From IMG/VR virus record IMGVR_UViG_3300020048_000025: a stretch of DNA of 33,869 nt. One strand, given 5' to 3'. The notes under the pieces were generated by a model that did not search any database, was not told the DNA's origin, and worked only from the letters and a program-made list of their open reading frames with translations. Both the position numbers and the translations under genes were made by a program. Below, piece by piece: positions 8,414-17,718 of this stretch; position 1 is the stretch's first letter; each line of letters starts with the position of its first letter. Source of the DNA: an uncultured virus (IMG/VR IMGVR_UViG_3300020048_000025). Its lineage: Duplodnaviria; Heunggongvirae; Uroviricota; Caudoviricetes.

Positions 8414-10042
8414 AAACAAATCAAACTAGGTGCTGAAGCACGTAAAAAATTAGCAAATGGAATCGATACATTAGCAGACGCTGTGGTATCCAGTTTAGGC
8501 CCGCAAGGTAGAAACACAGTATACTTCAGTGAAGGTGTTGCTGTATCAACAAAAGACGGTGTATCTATCGCGAAACACATTTCGGAATTGGAAGATCCAA
8601 TCGAGAACTTGGGTGCGCAAATGATCAAACAAGCAGCAATCAAAACAGCAGACAATGCTGGTGATGGTACAACTACATCAACATTATTGGCTCGTGAAAT
8701 CGTTAAGCAAGGTTTGCAACGTTTAAACGAGGGTGGAAACGCAGTTGAAATCAAACGTGGAATCGATGCTGCAGTTAAACAAGTAGTAGAATCGCTTAAA
8801 CAAAACTCGGAAAAAATCACTTCGGAAGAGCAGTTGGAGCAAATCGCATCCATCTCTGCAAACAATGACCCAGAAACTGGAAAATTGATCGCTAGAGCAA
8901 TGGAGAAAGTAGGCCGTGAAGGTATCGTCCACATCGAGGAATCTCGCACTGGTGAAACATATTTAGAGGTAGTTGAAGGTATGCAATTTGATCGTGGCTA
9001 CAAGTCACCATATTTCGTTACCAACAACAACAATATGTCAGCTGTATTAACTGACGCGTTGGTGTTAATCGCTGACCATAGATTCACACAAGTGAAAGAA
9101 TTGCTACCTATTTTAGATGGTGTAGCTCGCACTGGAAAATCGTTACTTATTATTGCAGAGGACATCGATGGCGAAGCATTAGCAACATTGATCGTAAACA
9201 AAATGCGTGGTACATTAAAAGTAGTTGCTGTTAAAGCACCTGACTTTGGTGACCGTAGAAAGTTGATTTTAGAAGATATCGCTGTGTTAACTGGAGGTAC
9301 TGTATTCGACAAAGACAAGGGTATGAAATTGGATAAATTCCAGGATGAATGGTTCGGAAACGCACGTACAATCACTGTAACCAAAGAACAAACCACAATC
9401 GTGGATGGTCAAGGTGCAGAGGAAACAATCACTAAACGTGTAGAGGAATTGGAAGCACAAATTGACAAATCCACCACTCCATTTGAAACTGAAAAATTGC
9501 AGGAACGTTTGGCGAAATTTGTAGGTGGTGTTGCTTTAGTGCATGTAGGTGGAAACACTGAAACCGAAATGAAAGAAAAGAAAGATCGTGTAGACGATGC
9601 TTTACACGCAACTAAATGTGCTTTAGAAGATGGTATCGTTCCTGGTGGTGGTGTTGCCTTATTGTATGCAAGAGAAGATGTTGAATTTGATGAAACCACA
9701 AGTGATGATTTCATTTACGGTCAAAACATCGTATACAAATCTTGCGGTAAACCATTCGAGCAAATTCTAACCAACGCTGGGTATGATCAAGTTGATTCAA
9801 TCATTTTATCGAGACAATTACGCGATGAAGGCGCAAAATGGAACGGATACAACATCAAAACCAAATCAATCGCAAACATGAAAGAAGCAGGTATACTTGA
9901 TCCAACTAAAGTAACCCGCAACGCATTAATTAATGCATCCAGTATTGCTGGAACTATTTTATTAACCGAGTGCGTTATCGTAGACAAACCAGAAGACAAG
10001 AAAGAAGACGGTACATACGATCCATCTCAAATGATGATGTAA
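8408..10042 (+). CDS. groEL: Chaperonin GroEL
   Basis: LGPQGRN, TKDGVSIAK, AGDGTTT, EGMQFDRGYKSPYF, KAPDFGDRRK, GIVPGGG, GILDPTKV. Confidence 0.98.
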   Translation: MSKQIKLGAEARKKLANGIDTLADAVVSSLGPQGRNTVYFSEGVAVSTKDGVSIAKHISELEDPIENLGAQMIKQAAIKTADNAGDGTTTSTLLAREIVKQGLQRLNEGGNAVEIKRGIDAAVKQVVESLKQNSEKITSEEQLEQIASISANNDPETGKLIARAMEKVGREGIVHIEESRTGETYLEVVEGMQFDRGYKSPYFVTNNNNMSAVLTDALVLIADHRFTQVKELLPILDGVARTGKSLLIIAEDIDGEALATLIVNKMRGTLKVVAVKAPDFGDRRKLILEDIAVLTGGTVFDKDKGMKLDKFQDEWFGNARTITVTKEQTTIVDGQGAEETITKRVEELEAQIDKSTTPFETEKLQERLAKFVGGVALVHVGGNTETEMKEKKDRVDDALHATKCALEDGIVPGGGVALLYAREDVEFDETTSDDFIYGQNIVYKSCGKPFEQILTNAGYDQVDSIILSRQLRDEGAKWNGYNIKTKSIANMKEAGILDPTKVTRNALINASSIAGTILLTECVIVDKPEDKKEDGTYDPSQMMM

Positions 10043-10043
10043 T

Positions 10044-10310
10044 ATGGAAACACAGGTAGTAGAAACACTCGAATTGATTGCAAATCGCGTTAAGGGAAGG
10101 AATGATACTTGGATCCTAGTAGGCGACACTAAAAAAATAGTTCACCCATCACTAACTGACGCACTTGAGGCATGGTTCGACAAAAACCAAGAGCAAGTGG
10201 AATTTCGTTTAGCTCCACTCGACAGTAAGCTATATGTCATTCGAACTGAAGAAAAAACAATCGAACCTGAACCTGTAAAAAGATACAATTTATACGGTGA
10301 CGCTATTTAA
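10044..10310 (+). CDS. Hypothetical protein
   Basis: 88 aa, starts 1 nt after the groEL stop, followed by a terminator. Confidence 0.7.
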   Translation: METQVVETLELIANRVKGRNDTWILVGDTKKIVHPSLTDALEAWFDKNQEQVEFRLAPLDSKLYVIRTEEKTIEPEPVKRYNLYGDAI

Positions 10311-10325
10311 CAGCGTCACCTTTTT
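10296..10325 (+). terminator. Intrinsic terminator
   Basis: GGTGACGCT-ATTTAAC-AGCGTCACC followed by TTTTT. Confidence 0.82.
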
Positions 10326-10327
10326 GT

Positions 10328-10344
10328 ATATTTATACATAAACA
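10328..10344 (+). promoter_or_regulatory. Candidate late-type promoter/leader ATATTTATACATAAACA
   Basis: Identical 17-mer at 13404-13420. Confidence 0.55.
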
Positions 10345-10355
10345 CACATACAAAT

Positions 10356-11417
10356 ATGAAATTATTCGATATAATCCGTGAAATGGATGGAGAAGAGGAC
10401 GGAATGAAAGGCCTTGGCCGCAACAGTTACGACTTAACAATCCAATCAACAGAGACACAAGCAGCCATAGACGCATTAAATGACATAGACAACTACGGTC
10501 CATATGCACAAAGTATGCGTGATCCGGAAGCAATCAAAAAAATGTTTGGCCCATCCATTCCAGCGCAAAAAGCCGGAGCGGCATGGAAAAACTGGGACGA
10601 GCTAGACGAGGAAGGAAAAGAAAACAAACTAGCGGACATTGCTGCTCGTGAACCACAAGAATACGAGGCAGGTTTGAAAGAAGCGGAAAAAGGATACGCA
10701 GCGTGGCAAGCTGAAGGAAACGAGGGCACTATCGAGGAATATTTGAAAACATTATCCGGTAAAGCGCTACCTAAAATGATTGTGGGTAAATTTGGAAAAA
10801 ACTATTTCCCATTGAAAACACCTGCAAACTTGAAAAAATACAGTGGTAAAATGGAGGAAGGCGTTCACTACATTGTAAATGGAGACGAGATCACATTCCC
10901 ACAAAAAGACAGCCCGTTTGCAACTAAAGCATATCTTGAGAAAGTAGTCAAAACAATCATGGACAATGCTGGAGTGAAATACAGTGTGTTGCGAGTTGAA
11001 CCAACCGACAGCCCGGAAATTGAAAAACCTAAACGCTCCACAAAACCAGATGCACCTTCATTATCCACTACATTACCAGATAAAGGTGATGCATCATCGT
11101 TAAGAAAATTACTTCAATCCAAATTCAATATTCCATCTGCTAAATACGAGATTGTTCCTACTGAAGGGGAAGAAGTTAAACTTGTAATTACTGGGTTAAC
11201 TCCATCACAAAGAGCATCCATACAAGCCATAACCACAGACTATGCTCGTGATTTAATGGAAAGTAAATTGCGCATGCAAAAATTGGCTGGTGTTATTACT
11301 GAAGCGGAATATAATGAGTCAGTGCATTTATTAACCATTCATGATTTTTCTGAGCGGATATCATCAGGTGTATCTAAAATCAAACAAATGTTAAAAGATG
11401 AAGGGCAAGATATTTAA
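10356..11417 (+). CDS. Hypothetical protein, possible virion internal protein
   Basis: MKLFDIIREM N-terminus; LMESKLRMQKLAGVITE near C-terminus; own candidate promoter. Function is inferred. Confidence 0.75.
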   Translation: MKLFDIIREMDGEEDGMKGLGRNSYDLTIQSTETQAAIDALNDIDNYGPYAQSMRDPEAIKKMFGPSIPAQKAGAAWKNWDELDEEGKENKLADIAAREPQEYEAGLKEAEKGYAAWQAEGNEGTIEEYLKTLSGKALPKMIVGKFGKNYFPLKTPANLKKYSGKMEEGVHYIVNGDEITFPQKDSPFATKAYLEKVVKTIMDNAGVKYSVLRVEPTDSPEIEKPKRSTKPDAPSLSTTLPDKGDASSLRKLLQSKFNIPSAKYEIVPTEGEEVKLVITGLTPSQRASIQAITTDYARDLMESKLRMQKLAGVITEAEYNESVHLLTIHDFSERISSGVSKIKQMLKDEGQDI

Positions 11418-11446
11418 TCCACCCTCATTCTATACCATTTAATCAA

Positions 11447-11483
11447 AAAAGCTTGGCTCTGCCAGGCTTTCTTTGTATATTCC
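11447..11483 (+). promoter_or_regulatory. 37-bp hairpin plus promoter module, copy 2
   Basis: Identical to 2389-2425 except one loop base (TCT). Confidence 0.8.
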
Positions 11484-11500
11484 GATTATAAAAATAAGTT

Positions 11501-12418
11501 ATGCAAACAGAACATTATGTAATGAATGAAAAACACAGGCCATCAACACTTGAGGGCTATGTATGCGATGATATATTCAAACAAAAAGTAGAGGGTTGGA
11601 TTGAACAACAGAATATCCCACATCTATTTTTATGGGGTCGCCCAGGATCCGGCAAAACCACACTAGCGAAAATCATCGCTCGCAACATTGACTGTGACTA
11701 CATCATGATCAATGCAACAGACAAACGTGGTATCGAGGACATCAAAAACGAGATACTTCCATTCGTGTCAGTAATGTCATTCAAAAGCGCACCCAAAATC
11801 GTCATACTGGATGAAGCAACACACATCCTACAAGCGGGGCAAGTGTTGCTACTAAACATGATCGAAACATACAGCTTAAACACACGCTTCATATTAACTG
11901 GAAATTATCCAGAGCGTTTAATTGAGCCGTTGCGCTCGCGTTTGGAGGACTACAATTTGAAACCCCCAAGCAAAAAACACGTAGCCAAACATATTGTAAA
12001 CATACTCAACACTGAAAATATACAGTACGAAATAAGCGATGTAGCTGCGATTATAAACGCGTACTATCCTGATTTGCGTCGTATTATCAACAACGTGCAA
12101 AAGCACGTTATAGACAATAAACTTGTGCTGTCTCAAACGTTAACCAATGACTCAGACACTGAAAACAATTTAATTCAGTTACTATCCAAAAAACACTCGA
12201 AAACATTCGGTGAAATCCGTAAACTAGTGGCGGACAGTGAAATAAGTGATTTTGATAGTCTGTACAAAAAGCTATACACTGACATTGAGAAATATGCATC
12301 TGGGAATGAAGGACTCGTGATCATCACAATAAACGAGCATATATTCCAGAGCGCAAGCGTGATCGACAAAGAGATATGCTTTTTTGCATGTATAGCTCGA
12401 ATTTTAGAAACCATATAA
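11501..12418 (+). CDS. Clamp loader AAA+ subunit (gp44/RFC-small-like)
   Basis: EKHRP, Walker A GRPGSGKTT, INATDKRGIE, Walker B VILDEA, RFILTGNY, PLRSR, PDLRRIIN. Confidence 0.92.
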   Translation: MQTEHYVMNEKHRPSTLEGYVCDDIFKQKVEGWIEQQNIPHLFLWGRPGSGKTTLAKIIARNIDCDYIMINATDKRGIEDIKNEILPFVSVMSFKSAPKIVILDEATHILQAGQVLLLNMIETYSLNTRFILTGNYPERLIEPLRSRLEDYNLKPPSKKHVAKHIVNILNTENIQYEISDVAAIINAYYPDLRRIINNVQKHVIDNKLVLSQTLTNDSDTENNLIQLLSKKHSKTFGEIRKLVADSEISDFDSLYKKLYTDIEKYASGNEGLVIITINEHIFQSASVIDKEICFFACIARILETI

Positions 12419-12430
12419 ACCAAACATATA

Positions 12431-12664
12431 ATGCAACAACAACCACAAATTGACTTAAAAAACTCAACATCAGTTGAAGGTTTTGACGGAGGTGTAATCT
12501 TTCAACAAGGGTACATTTTACGTAAGATATCCAAATTTATCATTGGAGCCGATGAAGACGCTTTGGTTCCGATACCAGTATTTTTTGATATCGAATCAAA
12601 GAAAATTATTGTTGACTCGTTACCACACGAGTTACGTGACGAATACAAAGACTATTCATTGTAA
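12431..12664 (+). CDS. Hypothetical protein between the clamp loader subunits
   Basis: 77 aa, packed in the operon. Confidence 0.72.
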   Translation: MQQQPQIDLKNSTSVEGFDGGVIFQQGYILRKISKFIIGADEDALVPIPVFFDIESKKIIVDSLPHELRDEYKDYSL

Positions 12665-12665
12665 T

Positions 12666-13091
12666 ATGACCCTATTCGATTGGCTTGATCAAATCACTGT
12701 AAAGAAATCCCCAGCATCTTCATTCAATGAAAGTGACTGGGGTACTTTCCAGACATATATGATACACAAATTCATATCCATGAATTCGGACTACATTGAG
12801 TTAGCCAATTACGTTCAAAAAATACCACACGACCAAAAAAAGTACATCTACACAGCATACTGTAATTTAATTCCAAAACGTAAAGTGTGGTTGAAATGGG
12901 TTGGCAAAACCAAAACCTCCACCCCACCCGAAGCAGAACATATCGCTCGCTACTACGAATGTAGTTTAAGCGATGCTGCTGAATATATGGCATTGTTGGG
13001 TAAAACCGGAGTGAACGAAATACTATTGAAAATGGGTATAGACAACGAAAAACCGAAAAAAAATGAGCGAAAACCACGAAAAACAAAATAG
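12666..13091 (+). CDS. Clamp loader small subunit (gp62-like)
   Basis: MTLFDWLDQI..K, YMIHKFISM, IPKRKVWLKW, IARYYECS...AEY; start moved to ATG 12666, just after the upstream stop. Confidence 0.7.
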   Translation: MTLFDWLDQITVKKSPASSFNESDWGTFQTYMIHKFISMNSDYIELANYVQKIPHDQKKYIYTAYCNLIPKRKVWLKWVGKTKTSTPPEAEHIARYYECSLSDAAEYMALLGKTGVNEILLKMGIDNEKPKKNERKPRKTK

Positions 13092-13404
13092 CCGCACCAT
13101 CCCATCAACAGACCATGTTGTTGATTCAGTCATAGACAAATTCATCGAGCGTGCACAATTTGGAAGAGAAAAATATGGTGTTGGACTGGAGCGAGAAGAC
13201 TTGACGTTGCCAAACTACATCACACATTTGCGTGAGGAATTAATGGATGGTATCCTGTATTTGCAAAAAATGGAAACCATACATAATGAACTATTGCAAG
13301 ACATAGTTGAACTTAAACAATTTGCAATGAAATCCCAGTTATATGAAATGTCTGCTATGTTGAGAGACTTTGAGCGCAAGTTGCAAGAATACATTTCCTG
13401 TTAA
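13063..13404 (+). CDS. Hypothetical protein: possible all-alpha NTP-PPase-like domain plus UVR-like C-terminal helix
   Basis: ERAQFGREKYG..L, LREELMDGILYL; C-terminal YEMSAMLRD. Confidence 0.55.
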   Translation: MSENHEKQNSRTIPSTDHVVDSVIDKFIERAQFGREKYGVGLEREDLTLPNYITHLREELMDGILYLQKMETIHNELLQDIVELKQFAMKSQLYEMSAMLRDFERKLQEYISC

Positions 13405-13420
13405 TATTTATACATAAACA
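13404..13420 (+). promoter_or_regulatory. Candidate late-type promoter/leader
   Basis: ATATTTATACATAAACA, identical to 10328-10344. Confidence 0.55.
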
Positions 13421-13423
13421 TAC

Positions 13424-13660
13424 ATGAACCCAAAAGACACCATCACAGTAGACGTTCCATTATTTATCCGTCTATTAGAATACGCTAGAGAAGACGCAAA
13501 AACAGATATGGACCTACACAATGTTGCTGAACGTGCAATCAGTTTAAGCGCTGAAGGTGAATGTTTGGGTATGGAATCATATGATTCTATTGTTGGTCAA
13601 TCTGAACAAATAGCAGAAATGCGTAAACTATTTCAAGTGCGCGCGGGTATAATTAAATAA
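13424..13660 (+). CDS. Hypothetical protein
   Basis: 78 aa; C-terminal EMRKLFQVRAGIIK resembles the motif in 10356..11417. Confidence 0.72.
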   Translation: MNPKDTITVDVPLFIRLLEYAREDAKTDMDLHNVAERAISLSAEGECLGMESYDSIVGQSEQIAEMRKLFQVRAGIIK

Positions 13661-13683
13661 CCCAGTACTACTCAAAATACTCA

Positions 13684-13720
13684 AAAAGCTTGGCTCAGCC
13701 AGGCTTTCTTTGTATATTCC
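13684..13720 (+). promoter_or_regulatory. 37-bp hairpin plus promoter module, copy 3
   Basis: Identical to 2389-2425 except one loop base (TCA). Confidence 0.8.
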
Positions 13721-13724
13721 GGTT

Positions 13725-14669
13725 ATGGCTAAAAAGAAAATACCCCAAATCGTAAAAGACATTCGCAACTACAAGCAGAAAGAAATGGACTGGACGAACG
13801 AGAAACTCATTTCGTACTCGCAGTTATCCATGTTCAATGAATGTAGAAAAAAATGGTCGTTAAACTATGTGGAGGGACACAAGCAATTCAGCTCAACAGT
13901 ACACACTGTGTTCGGTACTGCAATTCATGAAGTAATCCAACACTACTTAACCGTAATGTACGAGCAAAGCGCTGCTGAAGCGGACCGTTTAAACACATCT
14001 GAAATGTTCGAGGAAGCACTTCGCGCTGAATACAAGATACAATACAAGAAAAATGGCAATCAACATTTTTGCACACCTGAACAACTTCGTGAATTTTACG
14101 ATGATGGTATATCAATCCTCCGTGATTTCGCCAAAAACAAAACAAAACACTTCTCCAAACGTGGATGGTATTTAGTTGGGTGTGAAGTACCTGTATCCAA
14201 AATACAAAACCCAACATTACCCAATGTTGTATATCAAGGTTACCTGGATGTAGTAATGTACCATGAACCAACAGACACAATCAAAATTATTGATATCAAA
14301 ACTAGTACTAATTCATGGAGCGATAAACAGAAAAAAGACGAGAACAAGCAATTCCAGCTTATTCTATACAAGAAATTCATATCCGAGGTATTCAATCATC
14401 CGATTGATAAAATTGAAATTGAATTTTTCATTGTTAAACGTAAACTATACGAAAGCGAGGATTTTGTCATTCGCCGTATCCAAACATTTTCCCCTCCATC
14501 AGGTAAAGTTAAACTAAACAAGGCAACTCAATCAATCGATACATTCATAAACGAGGCGTTTGATTTGAGTGGATACAAAAAAGTGGAACATCAACCTACA
14601 GTGAGTGATGGGTGTAAATTTTGTCCATTCCAAGGAGTACATTTATGTAGCGCAACATATAATAATTAA
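13725..14669 (+). CDS. PD-(D/E)xK nuclease, Cas4/RecB-like
   Basis: ISYSQL..F.EC, FGTAIHE, GYLDVV, IIDIKTS, QLILY, C-terminal CKFCPF...C; start taken at ATG 13725. Confidence 0.85.
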   Translation: MAKKKIPQIVKDIRNYKQKEMDWTNEKLISYSQLSMFNECRKKWSLNYVEGHKQFSSTVHTVFGTAIHEVIQHYLTVMYEQSAAEADRLNTSEMFEEALRAEYKIQYKKNGNQHFCTPEQLREFYDDGISILRDFAKNKTKHFSKRGWYLVGCEVPVSKIQNPTLPNVVYQGYLDVVMYHEPTDTIKIIDIKTSTNSWSDKQKKDENKQFQLILYKKFISEVFNHPIDKIEIEFFIVKRKLYESEDFVIRRIQTFSPPSGKVKLNKATQSIDTFINEAFDLSGYKKVEHQPTVSDGCKFCPFQGVHLCSATYNN

Positions 14670-14673
14670 AGTT

Positions 14674-14862
14674 ATGGAAGATAGAATAGTAGAATTTTTA
14701 AACAAAGTTGATAAACTTTGTTGGGAATACCAAATTGAAATTAAACCAACATACCCTATACCCGATAATGAATATCCTACAATATCCATCATATATGGAG
14801 ATAGAGTAGTGAAATTGTTGTATTTAGATGGTGAAGGGATTGGTGTTGGAAAAGATTTATAA
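14674..14862 (+). CDS. Hypothetical protein
   Basis: Start at AAAGTTATG 14674; 62 aa. Confidence 0.6.
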   Translation: MEDRIVEFLNKVDKLCWEYQIEIKPTYPIPDNEYPTISIIYGDRVVKLLYLDGEGIGVGKDL

Positions 14863-14874
14863 TTAATTAAAGTT

Positions 14875-15231
14875 ATGAGCAAAGTTATAGAACAACTTAA
14901 ACAAGAATGGGAAGAACACAAGGGTGAATTTGTTTTAACCCAATCCCATACATTAGCACGATTTATCTCCATTGGAGATGATGGTGATGATTATTACTAT
15001 ATTACATATGATGGTAGAGAAATCATATGGAGTTCAGCAGTTGGTAAATTAATTTATCTGAAGGGTAAAATAGATGATCGTGATTATAAAAGTTTTATCA
15101 GACTAGCAAAACTAAATCACTGGGATCAAATTAAAACCACCACTGAATCTATTGATAAGTATAGGAAATTCATAACCACCCATGATGCTGGTAATGAATA
15201 TTTAACTGACATTTGTTGGGATTTAAATTGA
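14875..15231 (+). CDS. Hypothetical protein
   Basis: AAAGTTATG start; 118 aa. Confidence 0.68.
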   Translation: MSKVIEQLKQEWEEHKGEFVLTQSHTLARFISIGDDGDDYYYITYDGREIIWSSAVGKLIYLKGKIDDRDYKSFIRLAKLNHWDQIKTTTESIDKYRKFITTHDAGNEYLTDICWDLN

Positions 15232-15298
15232 TTTGATATGAACATATACCCCCCACTCTCACTACATACGTATATATGACACTAAAATATACAAAAAT

Positions 15299-15493
15299 AT
15301 GAGCACAAACAACCAACAATTAACATCCGTAAAAGTAGACAAAGATCTATTTGAAGAATTCAAAATAAATTCAATCAAAATGAAATTCAGCCTTCAAAAG
15401 TTATCTGAGCGGGCAATGTTTTTATACAACACTGACCCTGAATTTAGAAAAATGATACATAAAGTTGAAGTAAACTTGAAGAAGCCAGAATAG
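15299..15493 (+). CDS. Small putative ribbon-helix-helix DNA-binding protein
   Basis: LTSVKV strand followed by two helices (DLFEEFK.., SLQKLSERAMFLY); preceded by CATACGTATA. Confidence 0.5.
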   Translation: MSTNNQQLTSVKVDKDLFEEFKINSIKMKFSLQKLSERAMFLYNTDPEFRKMIHKVEVNLKKPE

Positions 15494-15504
15494 GTTAATA
15501 TATT
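15476..15504 (+). promoter_or_regulatory. Candidate promoter TTG-N20-TATATT
   Basis: TTG 15476-15478, TATATT 15499-15504. Confidence 0.5.
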
Positions 15505-15526
15505 CCCGTTAAAATTAAAAAAGAAG

Positions 15527-16183
15527 TTGAAAGGGACTACTAAAATATATGTTGTTGAAAATTGTTATGGGGATTCTTCTCTTTTCTATGTGGGAAAAAC
15601 TAAAAATAGTAGAAAAGGTGATCACAAGAAAAAATTTGGAAACGATATAATATATACTGTGATAGATGAAGTAGACTCATTAGATTTTAAAGATTGGGAA
15701 CCTTTAGAAACTTATTGGATAGAACAATTCAAACAGTGGGGGTTATCATTAGCTAATAAGAGAAATAAAGGGGGAAGTGGGGTTGAATATCATACCCCTG
15801 AAACTCGGGAAAAAATGAAAAAACCTAAACCCACAGCTGGAGGGAAAGGGGGGAAAAAACCAAGTGTTTCAGTTGCATTAACAGGAAGGCCTAGACCTGA
15901 TATGAGGGAAAAACTTACAGGAAAAAAACTTACTGAAAAAGAAAAAGAAAAAATTAAAATAGGCCAATCTAAAAAAGATAAATCTTTTTACTCTACAGAT
16001 GAATGGAGGGATAAAATAAAAAAACCTGTTATCCAATATGATAAAAATGGAGATTTTATAAAAGAATGGAAATGTATTAAGGACGCAACAGAATTTTTAA
16101 ACCTATATCCTTCTGGAATATCCCAATGTTTATCTGGTTTTACCAAAACATGTGGTGGTTTCATTTGGAAATTAAAAGAATAA
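15527..16183 (+). CDS. GIY-YIG homing endonuclease with NUMOD3- and NUMOD1-like DNA-binding modules
   Basis: IYVV...FYVGKT, ETYWIEQF..LAN, HTPETREKM, KPVIQYDKNGDFIKEW...ISQCL...GGFIWK; TTG start. Confidence 0.8.
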   Translation: MKGTTKIYVVENCYGDSSLFYVGKTKNSRKGDHKKKFGNDIIYTVIDEVDSLDFKDWEPLETYWIEQFKQWGLSLANKRNKGGSGVEYHTPETREKMKKPKPTAGGKGGKKPSVSVALTGRPRPDMREKLTGKKLTEKEKEKIKIGQSKKDKSFYSTDEWRDKIKKPVIQYDKNGDFIKEWKCIKDATEFLNLYPSGISQCLSGFTKTCGGFIWKLKE

Positions 16184-16193
16184 TTAGTATATT
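16165..16193 (+). promoter_or_regulatory. Candidate promoter TTG-N20-TATATT overlapping the endonuclease 3' end
   Basis: TTG 16165-16167, TATATT 16188-16193. Confidence 0.5.
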
Positions 16194-16212
16194 AAAATCA
16201 AAAATAAGTTAT

Positions 16213-17709
16213 ATGAAAGAAAACCCAGGTTATATACCTAAAGAACAGAGGAAAAAAATCCTATTAATAGCTGATGATATCAGGGTTTTTAGTGGGGTGG
16301 CTACTGTTGCCCGTGAGCTTGTGATAAACACATGCCATCATTACAATTATGTAGCGATAGGGGGAGCTATAAACCACCCTGAAGCTGGTAAACGTTTAGA
16401 TTTATCTGCAGATACTGCTAAAGTATCTGGTGTAGAAGATGCATCTGTATTTTTGTATCCTGTAAGTGGATATGGAGATGCTAATCTAATTCGCACATTA
16501 CTAAAAACTGAGAAACCGGATGCTATATTATTTATTTCGGATCCTAGATACTATGAATGGTTATTTGCTATTGAAAATGAAGTTAGGAAACAGATTCCAA
16601 TAATCTATCTTAATATTTGGGATAGTCCTATGCCTTATCCTTTATGGAACAAATCCTACTATGAATCATGCGATTTATTGTTGGCTATTTCAAAACAAAC
16701 TAAAAACGTTAATAAGGTAGTTTTAGGTGATATACCATTCACTGACATAGACAACGCGATAGACAATTTCAACGGTAACGATGAAAATAGAAACACACCT
16801 ATCCTTCTATCCTACCTACCACACGGACTAAACCACAACACATTTAAACCGTTAGACAAAACAACACCTGAGTTAGTTGAGTTCAAAAATAAACTATTCA
16901 AAGGAAAAGAATATGATTTCACATTATTCTTCAACTCTAGAAACATGCGCCGCAAACAAATCCCAGATGCATTGTTAGCGTTCCGTTTATTTTTAGACAA
17001 ATTAACTCCTGAGCAAGCACAAAAATGTGCATTTGTATTACATACTGAACCAGTGAGTGATCATGGTACAGATTTAGTTGCTGTAGTGGATTATTTATTA
17101 GCTGATTATAAATCAAACATCTATTTCTCAACAGACCGCAATTCACCAGAAACAATGAACTTGTTATACAATTCAACAGATGCGCAAATATTGTTGAGTA
17201 GCAATGAGGGTTGGGGGTTATCTATCACGGAAGCAATACTTGCTGGTAATCCAATCATAGCAAACGTTCAAGGTGGCATGCAAGATCAAATGCGATTTGA
17301 AAATGGAAATGGTGAGTGGTTAGATTTCACAGCTGATTTCCCTTCAAACCACCGTGGCACATACAAAAACCATGGCGAATGGGCATTCCCAGTGTTCCCA
17401 ACCAATATTTCAATCCAGGGTTCACCAAAAACACCATACATTAGTGATGACAGATGTAAACCAGAGGATGCAGCTGAGCAGATATTCAATGTATATTCGC
17501 TTGAACCAACTGAAAGAACACGTAGAGGTTTAGCTGGTAGAGAATGGGCACTAAACGAGGCTGGATTTACAAGTGAAATTATGGGTGAGCGCGCTATTGA
17601 AGCAATTGATGTGTTATTCAATACTTGGGAACCTAGAGAAACATTTGAATTAGTAAACGCTACTTCGTACACTCCAGATACAACAAGAAACACTAAGTTA
17701 ATTTATTAA
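16213..17709 (+). CDS. Glycosyltransferase, GT-B fold (GT4-like)
   Basis: KILLIADD...SGVATV, PHGLN, NSRNMRRKQ, SSNEGWGLSITEA..GNPII; start at AAGTTATATG 16213. Confidence 0.88.
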   Translation: MKENPGYIPKEQRKKILLIADDIRVFSGVATVARELVINTCHHYNYVAIGGAINHPEAGKRLDLSADTAKVSGVEDASVFLYPVSGYGDANLIRTLLKTEKPDAILFISDPRYYEWLFAIENEVRKQIPIIYLNIWDSPMPYPLWNKSYYESCDLLLAISKQTKNVNKVVLGDIPFTDIDNAIDNFNGNDENRNTPILLSYLPHGLNHNTFKPLDKTTPELVEFKNKLFKGKEYDFTLFFNSRNMRRKQIPDALLAFRLFLDKLTPEQAQKCAFVLHTEPVSDHGTDLVAVVDYLLADYKSNIYFSTDRNSPETMNLLYNSTDAQILLSSNEGWGLSITEAILAGNPIIANVQGGMQDQMRFENGNGEWLDFTADFPSNHRGTYKNHGEWAFPVFPTNISIQGSPKTPYISDDRCKPEDAAEQIFNVYSLEPTERTRRGLAGREWALNEAGFTSEIMGERAIEAIDVLFNTWEPRETFELVNATSYTPDTTRNTKLIY

Positions 17710-17718
17710 AATCAAGTT

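Noticed and set aside
13725..14669. CRISPR-Cas locus around the Cas4-like nuclease
   Set aside because: No repeat-spacer array and no other cas genes; solo PD-(D/E)xK nucleases are common in phage replication modules.
15232..15298. tRNA or ncRNA in C-rich intergenic spacers (also 2370-2388 and 11418-11446)
   Set aside because: Too short, with no cloverleaf or stable pairing.
12543..16212. Longer starts given in the track (12543, 13710, 14605, 16126; also 31476)
   Set aside because: They overlap upstream genes or promoters; downstream ATGs at 12666, 13725, 14674, 16213 and 31557 fit gene packing and the start context better.
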